Assembly: GCA_050290185.1 (NCBI GenBank)
Contig: JBNKHE010000008.1
Location: forward strand, 96,001 to 160,000
Direction: 5' to 3'
DNA from: Pontiella sp.
GTDB taxonomy: Bacteria; Verrucomicrobiota; Kiritimatiellia; Kiritimatiellales; Pontiellaceae
DNA length: 64,000 nt
The notes beneath the pieces were generated by a model. It made no database searches. It saw only the letters and a list, made by a program, of their open reading frames with translations, and had not been told where the DNA came from. Position 1 is the stretch's first letter, and every line of letters starts with the position of its first letter. Positions 1-8,688 of this stretch are shown in pieces. A program made the position numbers and the translations under genes.

Positions 1-1
1 G

Positions 2-715
2 GCGTGGAAGACCCTCCGGGTCGAACTGGAGGGATTCATCAAAGGCGTGACCGACAAATCGTGGTTTCAGGAGCGCGGTTGCAAAATCTGGAACGAGTGG
101 TGCTCCCCGGCGAAGGTACCGTACGGCCATGACGAGGCTACGCTCAAAGCCATGGCAGAGGAACCAGACCTCGGCCCGATCTACGGTTTCCAGTGGCGCA
201 ACTTTAACGGTCGGTACGAATTCGGTGCCGAAAAATTTACCGGCGGGATTGATCAGCTGGCCCGTGCGATTGAAATCCTGAAGACCAATCCGGACAGCCG
301 CCGCATCCTGGTGAATGCCTGGAATCCGCAGCAGCTCGACCAGATGGCGTTGGTTCCGTGCCACTATTCCTATCAGCTGCTCTGCAACGATGGCGTACTG
401 GATTTGCTCTGGAACCAGCGGTCGTGCGATATCTTCCTTGGCATCCCCTTCAATATTGCATCGTACGCCCTGCTGCTGGAGCTGATTGCCAAGGAGTGCG
501 GCATGAAAGCCGGCAAGCTGATTGGCTTCCTCGGCGATGCCCATATTTATGTAAACCATCGGGCGCAATTGGAAGAGCAGATGAAACGCGAGCCCTATGC
601 GCCGCCGACGCTGAAGCTGGAAGGATATAAATCTATTTTTGAGTGGGAATGGAGTAATGCCACATTAGAAGGCTATGAATGCCATCCCTCCATTAAAGGC
701 GAGGTGGCGGTTTAA
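2..715 (+). CDS. thyA: Thymidylate synthase (5' truncated by window edge)
   Basis: Motifs DLGPIYGFQWR, PDSRR, ALVPCH (catalytic Cys), QRSCDIFLGIPFNIASY and GDAHIY. The frame is open from base 2. Its stop overlaps the folA ATG (TAATG). Confidence 0.97.
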   Translation, partial: AWKTLRVELEGFIKGVTDKSWFQERGCKIWNEWCSPAKVPYGHDEATLKAMAEEPDLGPIYGFQWRNFNGRYEFGAEKFTGGIDQLARAIEILKTNPDSRRILVNAWNPQQLDQMALVPCHYSYQLLCNDGVLDLLWNQRSCDIFLGIPFNIASYALLLELIAKECGMKAGKLIGFLGDAHIYVNHRAQLEEQMKREPYAPPTLKLEGYKSIFEWEWSNATLEGYECHPSIKGEVAV

Positions 716-1158
716 TGATTGCGATTGTTGCCCGGTCGGTAAACGGCATCATCGGAAAGGACGGCGGCTTGCCGTGGCGCTGCAAGGGCGATCTACAGTT
801 TTTCAAGCGTACCACGATGGGGCGGAAAATTGTGGTTGGCCGCACCACCTTTGAAGGACTACCGCCGTTGAAAGGGCGTGAAATCTTTGTGCTGACCCGC
901 AATCCGTCCGTACGTTTTGAGGGGGGCACCGCCGTTTCCAATCCCGTTGACGTTCCGGCCGATGCCATCGTATGCGGCGGCGCGGCGATTTATGACCTGA
1001 TGATCCCGCAGTGCGACCGGTTGCTGGTGACTACGGTGAAACAAGAGGTCGAGGGCGATACCTTCTTCAATGCCCAATGGCTGGATGGATTCGAACCGGC
1101 GGAAACCCTCGAAGAGACCGCTGAATATTCGATTGTTTCCTACCGACGATCGGTCTGA
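715..1158 (+). CDS. folA: Dihydrofolate reductase
   Basis: Motifs IIGKDGGLPW, DLQFFKRTT, VGRTTF, PLKGR, CGGAAIY and EGDTFF. Translationally coupled to thyA. Confidence 0.95.
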   Translation: MIAIVARSVNGIIGKDGGLPWRCKGDLQFFKRTTMGRKIVVGRTTFEGLPPLKGREIFVLTRNPSVRFEGGTAVSNPVDVPADAIVCGGAAIYDLMIPQCDRLLVTTVKQEVEGDTFFNAQWLDGFEPAETLEETAEYSIVSYRRSV

Positions 1159-1312
1159 TCGGCGTGTAACGCGAGTGGGACAAAGAATAATCAACTGGGC
1201 AAAGCGTGCCACAGGTATTCGCTTAAAATGACGACCCGAGATGAAGTCGAGAGAGGCTCCGCATCTGCGGGCAACGAAGTGGCAAATAATAGAACGGGCA
1301 CTTTTCCACGTC

Positions 1313-1338
1313 AGGCCGTCCGTTGGGGCGGCCTTTTT
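1313..1338 (+). terminator. Intrinsic terminator-like hairpin downstream of folA
   Basis: AGGCCGTCC-gttg-GGGCGGCCT followed by a T-tract. A near copy lies at 4833-4858. Confidence 0.6.
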
Positions 1339-1361
1339 CTTTTCCGCTTGATTGAAAGTGG

Positions 1362-2975
1362 ATGAGAGCGGATTTTAAAGACATGTTACGCTGGCTTAAA
1401 CTCTGGATCGTCCTGTTCCCTTTCTTCGCATGGGGCGCACTGGACTTGACGCCGGCCGAGAAGGCCTTTCTAAAAGAGCATCCAGTGCTGCGCTACAGTA
1501 CGCTGCCGGATGCGCCGCCGCTGGAGTTCTGTAACGGACGAGGGGAATGTATCGGCCTGACCCATGATTATATGCGGAGGGTGGAAGAACAAACCGGACT
1601 GCGACTGGAGCATGTGCCGGCACAAACCCGCGCGGAAAAATTCGGAAACCTTCAATCGGGCCGCTGTGATTTTCTGCCGACCTTCTCCCCTTATGATGTG
1701 CCATCCGATGCGTTTTTGCAGGCGGACACCTATTTGGATTTCCCGCTGGTGGTTGCCACCCGGATGGATGTGCCGTACCTTAACAGTTTAAAGGCGCTGG
1801 CGGGGCATCGCGCAGGTCTCGTGGCCCGCATCGGCGTGCTGGAAAAATACAGGAATGATTTTCCGGGCGTGGAGTTTGTCCGCTGCTCGTCTGTCGGCGA
1901 CGGCCTCCAGCGGCTGTCGCAGGGAGAGATTTTCGGTGTGATCGGTCCGCATCCGGTCGTGGCGCACCAGATTCAGGAGCTCTATCTCGGCAACCTGAAA
2001 ATAACCGGAACGCTGGAAGAATCGCTGTCGCTTTGTGCACTGGTGCGTAAAGAACACGGACCGCTTCAGAGCATTCTGAACAAAGTATTCCGCTCCATCT
2101 CTTCGGAAGAAAAGGAGCGGATGCTGAACCACTGGTTCAGCATCCGTTTCGAGCAGGGATTCGATTACAGTCTGTTCTGGAAAATCATGAGCGGGACGGG
2201 CTTTTTGTTTGTGCTGATTATGGTCTGGTTAGGAACCGTGGTTCGCTATAACCGCAAGTTGAAGACTCTGAATGGCGAATTGGCGGATACACTGAGCGAG
2301 CGCGACCGGATTATGTCGATTATCAGCCACGACCTCCGTCAGCCGATGCACAGTTACGGTCGCTTCTTGGCTCTGCTTCAAAAAGGGGATGTTGATCCGG
2401 ATTCAGAAGAGGGTCGACGGATTCTTATACAATCCCGACAGCGTGGCGAACTGGCCATTGAGTGTATGGAAAATCTGCTGGCGCGCCTGAGTGCAGGGCG
2501 GAGTGTGCGGCATCCGGTACTGCTCTCGCCCTCTCGCATTATCGAAGACTGCCGCGAACTGCTTTCTGCATCGCTCGAAAACAAAGAGCTAACGCTGGAT
2601 AACCGCATCGATCCGGATATTCGTATTAAAGCCGACGAACAACGTCTGGCCGCTGTGCTGCGCAACCTGTTGAATAATGCCATCAAATTTTCAAATGCCG
2701 GCGCATTCATTGAGGCGGAAGCGGAGTCGCTTGACGGTGGGCTCCGCCTGAAAATCTGCGATCACGGCATCGGCATGGACGCGGAAACGGTTCGGCAAGT
2801 TCTTTCCGATGCGCCCACCGAAAGTAGGCGGGGGACCGGCGGGGAACGCGGCTCGGGAATGGGTCTTGGCCTTTGCCGGCAGTTTTTGAAAGCCGCCGGC
2901 TCGGAGCTGGAGATTAAAAGCGAACCGGAGAAAGGGACGTGCGTTTCGTTTGTTTTAAATGCGGAAGGAATATAG
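1362..2975 (+). CDS. Membrane sensor histidine kinase with periplasmic substrate-binding (PBP2-type) domain
   Basis: N-terminal signal/TM segment, ELTPAEKAFL-type PBP domain start, a TM, H-box SHDLRQP, N-box NLLNNAIKF, and G-boxes DHGIGM and GSGMGL. The start may instead be 1383. Confidence 0.9.
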   Translation: MRADFKDMLRWLKLWIVLFPFFAWGALDLTPAEKAFLKEHPVLRYSTLPDAPPLEFCNGRGECIGLTHDYMRRVEEQTGLRLEHVPAQTRAEKFGNLQSGRCDFLPTFSPYDVPSDAFLQADTYLDFPLVVATRMDVPYLNSLKALAGHRAGLVARIGVLEKYRNDFPGVEFVRCSSVGDGLQRLSQGEIFGVIGPHPVVAHQIQELYLGNLKITGTLEESLSLCALVRKEHGPLQSILNKVFRSISSEEKERMLNHWFSIRFEQGFDYSLFWKIMSGTGFLFVLIMVWLGTVVRYNRKLKTLNGELADTLSERDRIMSIISHDLRQPMHSYGRFLALLQKGDVDPDSEEGRRILIQSRQRGELAIECMENLLARLSAGRSVRHPVLLSPSRIIEDCRELLSASLENKELTLDNRIDPDIRIKADEQRLAAVLRNLLNNAIKFSNAGAFIEAEAESLDGGLRLKICDHGIGMDAETVRQVLSDAPTESRRGTGGERGSGMGLGLCRQFLKAAGSELEIKSEPEKGTCVSFVLNAEGI

Positions 2976-3035
2976 CCATCGGGTTTTATGGGCTCTGCGA
3001 GTCGGAAAAAATGGATGCGCGCCTGTCCTGCGTCT

Positions 3036-3755
3036 CTACACACTGCAAGCGAGCTGTTGAAGCTTTTTCATGGCCGCGCGGCTCAGTTCGATGGTGGTGT
3101 TTGAGTTTTTAAACCAAAGCACCCCTCCGCCGCTTTTTGTTTCCAGGCGGTCGATGAGGGTCATATTGATCAGGTGGCTGCGGCCCACACGGAAAAACAG
3201 ATCTGGCGGCAGTTGCGACTCCCATGCGGCGAGTGTCTTTTTCAGCACAAACCGTTTGCCGTCGGCGCGGATCACATGCGTGTAGTTCTGATCGCTCTCC
3301 ACAGCAACCAGATCGCTGACTCGCGTAAAATATTTCTGGTTGTTGGTGTTCAGCAGGATCAAGTCGTCCGCCTTCCGCGTTGCGGGCTCGGAGATCGTTG
3401 CTGTTGTATCGGTGTTGAGTCGTTCGAGGGCACTTTCGAGCCGCGCGCGGGTCAGCGGCTTCTGGATGTAGTCGAGCGCATTGATTTCAAATGCGCGTAG
3501 GGCGTAGGCTTCGTAGTTGGTGATAAAAATAATTTTTGGCGGGCTTTCAACCTGTTCAAGCAGATCAAAGCCGGTGCCGTCGGGCAACTCGATATCGAGA
3601 AAAACCAGTTCTGTTTCAGGGTGTTCTTTCAGTAGCGCCAGCCCCTCGGCGTAGCTCGCCGCTTCGCCCAGCAGGCTCAGGCCGCCGATCTCTTTCAGGA
3701 GGCCTCGCAGCTGAATCCGCCCGGCCTCTTCATCTTCAATCAGGATGCAGTTCAT
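3036..3755 (-). CDS. LytTR-family response regulator
   Basis: Receiver domain (IEDE, FLDIELPD, IFIT, DYIQKP) plus LytTR domain (FFRVGRSHLIN). ATG at 3755 chosen as start. Confidence 0.93.
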   Translation of the reverse strand: MNCILIEDEEAGRIQLRGLLKEIGGLSLLGEAASYAEGLALLKEHPETELVFLDIELPDGTGFDLLEQVESPPKIIFITNYEAYALRAFEINALDYIQKPLTRARLESALERLNTDTTATISEPATRKADDLILLNTNNQKYFTRVSDLVAVESDQNYTHVIRADGKRFVLKKTLAAWESQLPPDLFFRVGRSHLINMTLIDRLETKSGGGVLWFKNSNTTIELSRAAMKKLQQLACSV

Positions 3756-3858
3756 GGCATCAGCGTATAGCACACGGCGGCATGCTTTAAAAAGAGGTTT
3801 TCAATGTTCGGAAAAATGAAGCGGAATATTCGGAGGCGTTGGAAAATGCCGCTGATTA

Positions 3859-3891
3859 TTTCGTCACCCAACAACGGCGGTTTCATCACCC
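3859..3891 (+). promoter_or_regulatory. Candidate LytTR binding site (direct repeat, 22-bp period)
   Basis: TTTCGTCACCC (3859-3869) and TTTCATCACCC (3881-3891) lie between the divergent LytTR and PEP-CTERM genes. The spacing fits the LytTR direct-repeat architecture. Confidence 0.6.
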
Positions 3892-3969
3892 CTTTGCCGC
3901 GATTTATAAATATGGAATAGAGTGTGCGGGTTTTGTTGCTACGTTTTTCTCAAAACAAGGAGATCACGT

Positions 3970-4809
3970 ATGAAAAACAAACTCATTTTAAGTGTGGCGG
4001 TTTTGATCGCGGTTTTGCCGCTGACCAGTTCGGCGATTCTCATTACGCGCAGCTATAACAACAGCACGTTGGACAACGATGATCATTTGCAGGAAGACGC
4101 TTCGTCTTCACAGGCAACAATCGGTTCGTCCAGTGCAACTGTGGATACCGCCGGAAATTCCAGTGGAAACATGGGATACCGCTTTACTGGGCAGACCTCC
4201 GCCTACAAAGCGGGATATATAATTCAGACGATTGACGTGACGGCGACATGGACTGTTACGGCAGAAGACTGGGAGGAATACAGCATTACCATTTCACCGG
4301 AACTGCACGCCTATCTCAATATTTATGATTACTCAACGGATGAAACTGATGATATCGCGGCCTTTAGCGCCTTAAGCTCGGTCCTGCGGGTAAACGGCTC
4401 CATCGTTTCGGATACGCTGGACGGCTTGAGCGGTGCGGTACGAGCAACGGACGGACCTTTTACTTTGGACAACACCGACTCACAAACCCTGAGCGGTTAT
4501 ACGGGCAACAATGTTTTCAGCCTTCAGCTCACCACAACGGCCTTTGTGCGGGCCCATGACGGTGGAGGACTTTTTGATAATCCAACCGGAAATGCGGTGC
4601 TTTGGGGGCAGGACGGCACGTTGGATTTTGAACAGAACACGTCCCACAACGGGTTTGACGAATATCCCTCGTCCTCGGACCTTAATGCAGATGGAATTTT
4701 TGTGGATGCAGATGTGACGCTGACCGCTATCCCCGAACCAGCCACCCTCAGCTTGATCGGTCTTTTTGGAATTGGAGTTCTCGGTGCTCGTCGTATCTTC
4801 ATGATGTGA
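3970..4809 (+). CDS. PEP-CTERM sorting-domain exported protein
   Basis: Signal peptide MKNKLILSVAVL..., a Ser/Thr/Asp-rich body, and C-terminal AIPEPATLSLIGLFGIGVLGARRIFMM. RBS AAGGAG upstream. Confidence 0.9.
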   Translation: MKNKLILSVAVLIAVLPLTSSAILITRSYNNSTLDNDDHLQEDASSSQATIGSSSATVDTAGNSSGNMGYRFTGQTSAYKAGYIIQTIDVTATWTVTAEDWEEYSITISPELHAYLNIYDYSTDETDDIAAFSALSSVLRVNGSIVSDTLDGLSGAVRATDGPFTLDNTDSQTLSGYTGNNVFSLQLTTTAFVRAHDGGGLFDNPTGNAVLWGQDGTLDFEQNTSHNGFDEYPSSSDLNADGIFVDADVTLTAIPEPATLSLIGLFGIGVLGARRIFMM

Positions 4810-4832
4810 TTCCTAATGACGCGTGGTGGATC

Positions 4833-4858
4833 AGGCCGTCCAATTGGGCGGCTTTTTT
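4833..4858 (+). terminator. Intrinsic terminator-like hairpin after PEP-CTERM gene
   Basis: GCCGTCC-aatt-GGGCGGC followed by TTTTTT. Confidence 0.65.
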
Positions 4859-4949
4859 GTTGTTTCGCCGGGTAGGGACAGGGCGGAGGTTCCGGTGGGC
4901 GGTAATCAAACAATCATTACAGAGGACACGGGGGTGCACAGGGGTATTT

Positions 4950-5095
4950 CCGCAGTGCGACCGGTTGCTGGTGACCACGGTGAAGTCACCCGTCGAGGGT
5001 GATACCTTCTTCAGCGGCCAGACGGTTTTAAGCCGGCGGAAATCATCGAGGAGACCGATGAATATTCGATCGTCTCCTACCGGAGATCGGTCTGA
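4950..5095 (+). pseudogene. folA: Diverged, frameshifted copy of the folA 3' end
   Basis: The first 26 bp are identical to 1006-1031 (CCGCAGTGCGACCGGTTGCTGGTGAC). It continues as PQCDRLLVTTVKSPVEGDTFF, has a short deletion, and ends ...GATCGGTCTGA like folA. Confidence 0.9.
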
Positions 5096-5275
5096 TTTCC
5101 TGCCCCATCAGGTTTCAAAAGCCGCCCTTTCCGGGCGGGTCAAGGCGGTGCCATTCAGGGTTGACACCATGGGTGTTCAAGATAAATTTATACACTGACT
5201 CTTTATGTTCAATGCGAGAAGGATACGCTCGATGTAAGTGAGATGAATCGATTAGAAAAACTATAGGGGGGTAAG

Positions 5276-6529
5276 ATGAAATTCATAATCGACTTGGGTG
5301 GTTACCCTTTAAAGAAATTGCTTTGCATTTCTCTGCTGGGGTGTGGGTTGTCAGTGAACGCGCAAGAGTCAGATGCTCTCGGGAAAAAGATCCCGATTCA
5401 TAATTCTGTTGCGGTAATCAATGTGTCGAGCCGTACGGGGGATTCTGCCGGATCCGGATTCATAACTGAAATGGATGGGAAAAAGTACCTGATAACAAAT
5501 CAACACGTAATTGACTGCATGGAGAGAATTGATGTCCGGACATCCTCGGGGACACGAATAATCCCAACGTCATTCGAGGTTTGTACGTCTATCGATCTTG
5601 TACGGATGGAAATAACCAACGACATCCCTCCATTAATTCTATCTCGAAATCCTCCGAACATGGATGATGCAGTCAGTGTATATGGAAACAGTGATGGCAG
5701 TGGGGTGATCACGAAAACCGATGGGAAAATCCTGGGTATTGGGCCAAACCGAATAGAGGTGGATGCTGAATTTATTCAAGGAAACAGTGGATGCCCGATT
5801 CTCAACAGCTCCAACGAGGTTGTCGGTGTGGCTACCTATGCATTATTGCATGATGATCCCGAAGAGTGGGTGTCGAAAGGAACCCGGTATCGGGAAATTC
5901 GGCGATTTGGTTTAACATTGGACCATTTAAGATGGACCGATATGCCTGCAGGATTGTTTTCCAAGCAAAGTGCATATCTATCCGATGCAAGCTATTCGGC
6001 CCTTACCTATGCGATTACCTACTGTTCATTCCGGATGTACCTTTCCCGCAAGCACGAGCCACGCAAACCTTCTCCAACGAGACAGGTACCGAAAACCAGG
6101 CGATATCGGGATAGCTACGGCCAATGGCAGACTGAGACCTATTATGTGACTGAGCCAAACCCAAACTACGATGCTGAGCTTGCTACCTGGGAAACGGCGC
6201 ACAAAGAGTGGCTTGAGTACGAGAAAGAGAGGGAATCCAGGCAGGCGTTGTTTAGACTGGGGTGCCCGAACCAGTTCCCCTTTTTTGATAAGGAAACCCA
6301 AGAGAAATGCATAAACCACTATCGCACCGCAAGCGATGTATACAGGTCCGTCTCTCCGCACAGGGCTCACAAGGGAAGGATCGGTATAAATCTCGATGCA
6401 ATCGATCGCCTGGAAGACATAAAAAAAGATATGGAATCCCAGCGGTTTAGCTCGAAATATCTGCGTGATAAAGCCGCCGAGATAGTGAGTCTCTGCCAGT
6501 ATGTTTTGGATTTCCACGGAAAGCTTTAA
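5276..6529 (+). CDS. Secreted trypsin-like (S1C-type) serine protease with unrelated C-terminal region
   Basis: GSGF...ITNQHV (His), IDLVR (Asp) and GNSGCP (Ser). Signal-like N-terminus. Visibly more AT-rich than its neighbours. Start is uncertain. Confidence 0.8.
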   Translation: MKFIIDLGGYPLKKLLCISLLGCGLSVNAQESDALGKKIPIHNSVAVINVSSRTGDSAGSGFITEMDGKKYLITNQHVIDCMERIDVRTSSGTRIIPTSFEVCTSIDLVRMEITNDIPPLILSRNPPNMDDAVSVYGNSDGSGVITKTDGKILGIGPNRIEVDAEFIQGNSGCPILNSSNEVVGVATYALLHDDPEEWVSKGTRYREIRRFGLTLDHLRWTDMPAGLFSKQSAYLSDASYSALTYAITYCSFRMYLSRKHEPRKPSPTRQVPKTRRYRDSYGQWQTETYYVTEPNPNYDAELATWETAHKEWLEYEKERESRQALFRLGCPNQFPFFDKETQEKCINHYRTASDVYRSVSPHRAHKGRIGINLDAIDRLEDIKKDMESQRFSSKYLRDKAAEIVSLCQYVLDFHGKL

Positions 6530-6644
6530 GCGCTCCTCAACTGGCACGTTGCCATTCAGAACCGATTCCCTGGACAAGGCTATTGGTCGCTCCTTCCCGG
6601 GGTATCAGATGCAATTCCTGTTATGAACGATTTGCAGCGCATGG

Positions 6645-6718
6645 TTGACATTGGCCCCGGAAAGCGCATCAATGCGCATCACTTTTGAGAAAATGTGATC
6701 ATCGGGAGTGATGCGCAT
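6645..6718 (+). promoter_or_regulatory. Sigma70-like promoter overlapped by a 12-bp perfect inverted repeat
   Basis: TTGACA at 6645-6650 and a weak -10 near 6668-6673. The inverted repeat is ATGCGCATCACT (6672-6683) / AGTGATGCGCAT (6707-6718). Confidence 0.55.
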
Positions 6719-7898
6719 GTCGACGTTTGAGGGAACAGGGATCAGGAATCTGAAGCTGCGGGGCGGTATCTACTACTGGCGGCAGCGGATTGGTGGCGTC
6801 CAATACTCTGAATCACTTCAGACCGGTAACCGTGAAGATGCATTGAAAAGGATGTCCGAAAAAGTGGACGCCGTGAAAAACGGGCAGGGGTTAAAGGAGA
6901 GAAAAATGACGAAAGCAAAAGAGACCAATAGCGAAGCCGCGGATAAGAGCAAGGGCTGGGTAACGTTCGATCCGAATCTGAAGATTTTGGACTGCACCGT
7001 GCGCGACGGCGGGCTTTGCAATCAGCATCAGTTTCCCGAAGGATTCTTTGGCGATATCTACAAGACGTGCGTGGCCGCTGGCATCGACTATATGGAAGTG
7101 GGCTACAAGGCGGATAAGGCCCTGTTTGCCGGCAAGGGTTTCGGCCCGTGGAAATATTGCGACGAGGATGATATCCGCCGCGAAGTGGGCGACAATGATA
7201 CCGGTCTGAAGCTTTCCGTTATGGCCGATACCGGCCGGACCAATCCGTCCGATCTGCTTCCAAGAAGTGAAAGCGTGATCGATCTGGTTCGTGTGGCGAC
7301 TTATATTCACCAGATTCCGGCGGCGTTGGAGCTGGTGAAGGATGCCAAGAACAAGGGCTACGAGGTCGCGCTCAATCTGATGGCGGTATCGACTGTGCCG
7401 GACTACGAGCTGGACAACGGGCTGGATGTTATTTCCGGAGTGGAGGAGATCGATTTTCTCTACGTGGTCGATAGCTTTGGCTCGCTCTACTACGAGCAGG
7501 TCGACGATCTGATCAAGCGCTACAAGGAAACCGGCAAGACGCTTGGTATCCATGCGCACAACAACCAGCAGCTGGCCTACGCCAACACCATCCATGCGGC
7601 GATCAACGGCGTGAAGCTGCTCGATACCACCATGATGGGCATGGGTCGTGGAGCGGGCAACTGCGCCACCGAGCTGTTGGTCGGTTTTCTCAAGAACCCG
7701 AAGTTCAACCTGCGTCCGATTCTCCAGTTCGTGCAGGACACCATGTTCCCGCTCAGCCAGCAGATCGACTGGGGCTACAGCATTCCCTACATGATCACCG
7801 GGCACTACAACGAGCATCCGCGCTCGGCCATTGCGCTGCGCGATGGGGATCGCAAGGATGATTATGTCGGCTTCTACGACGAAATCGCGAATCCGTGA
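6708..7898 (+). CDS. DRE-TIM (HMGL-like / 4-hydroxy-2-oxovalerate aldolase-like) enzyme, core from 6906, with a 66-codon in-frame N-terminal extension resembling an integrase arm-type DNA-binding domain
   Basis: Core motifs LDCTVRDGG, DSFG, GIHAHNN and GMGRGAGN. Internal RBS AAGGAG before ATG 6906. The extension reads NLKLRGGIYYWRQRIGG...SLQTGNREDA. Confidence 0.8.
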   Translation: MMRMSTFEGTGIRNLKLRGGIYYWRQRIGGVQYSESLQTGNREDALKRMSEKVDAVKNGQGLKERKMTKAKETNSEAADKSKGWVTFDPNLKILDCTVRDGGLCNQHQFPEGFFGDIYKTCVAAGIDYMEVGYKADKALFAGKGFGPWKYCDEDDIRREVGDNDTGLKLSVMADTGRTNPSDLLPRSESVIDLVRVATYIHQIPAALELVKDAKNKGYEVALNLMAVSTVPDYELDNGLDVISGVEEIDFLYVVDSFGSLYYEQVDDLIKRYKETGKTLGIHAHNNQQLAYANTIHAAINGVKLLDTTMMGMGRGAGNCATELLVGFLKNPKFNLRPILQFVQDTMFPLSQQIDWGYSIPYMITGHYNEHPRSAIALRDGDRKDDYVGFYDEIANP

Positions 7899-8020
7899 TG
7901 CAGTCGTTAGCCCGCGCTTTTCGGGGTTATTGATTGTAAGGCGATCTGGAATTAAGCTATAACCGCGATCTTGTTTTGAAAAGCCCTTTTAAAAAAGGGA
8001 AGAAAGAAGGAGTTTCAGTA

Positions 8021-8683
8021 ATGAATATTTTGCATGTATGCGCGAACCCGAAGCCGACCGAAGAGTCGGTTTCCAAGCAGTTGGCCGCCGCCTTTTTCGG
8101 TAAACTGATCGAGTTGAAGCCGGACGCGGAACTGGTAAACGTCAACCTATACGATGAAAAGCCGCCGTTCTATTCCTACGAGCTGTACAAGGGTGCCTGG
8201 TATCCGGTTTTCGACGAATCCTACGAGCCCTCCAAGGTTGAGGAAATGGCCCTGAACTATGCCACCAAGCAGGCGGAAATGTTCAATGAAGCCGACGTAC
8301 TTGTCCTCACCATGCCGATGTGGAACTTCAGCGTTCCTGCCATCATGAAGGCTTGGATGGACCAGGTCCTCACCCCCGGGTTGACATTCTCGATCAGCAA
8401 GGAAGACGGCATCAAGCCGTTGCACAAGGTGAAGAGCATTGTGCTGCTGGTTTCCTCGGGCGGCGTTTACAAGGAAGGCGACGAGCGAGATGCATTGAGC
8501 AGCCAGGTACGCGCTGCATTTGGTTTCATCGGTATCGATGATCTTGAAATCGTCTGGGCCGAAGGACAGAATCCACTCTTCTTCGATAACCACGAGGAAA
8601 ACAAGGCCATCGCCATCGAGGCTGCTTCCGAGATTGCGGAGGATATTGCCGATATGGATCTGGCCGAGGCTGTTGCTGAATAA
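8021..8683 (+). CDS. azoR: FMN-dependent NADH-azoreductase (flavodoxin-2 fold)
   Basis: MNILHV...ESVS, PMWNFSVPAIMKAWMD, SSGGVY and FGFIGI. RBS AAGGAG before 8021. Confidence 0.85.
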   Translation: MNILHVCANPKPTEESVSKQLAAAFFGKLIELKPDAELVNVNLYDEKPPFYSYELYKGAWYPVFDESYEPSKVEEMALNYATKQAEMFNEADVLVLTMPMWNFSVPAIMKAWMDQVLTPGLTFSISKEDGIKPLHKVKSIVLLVSSGGVYKEGDERDALSSQVRAAFGFIGIDDLEIVWAEGQNPLFFDNHEENKAIAIEAASEIAEDIADMDLAEAVAE

Positions 8684-8688
8684 AGCCG

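Noticed and set aside
4806..5198. 130-aa ORF as a real gene
   Set aside because: It reads through a terminator and the frameshifted folA remnant, which explains its only recognisable segment.
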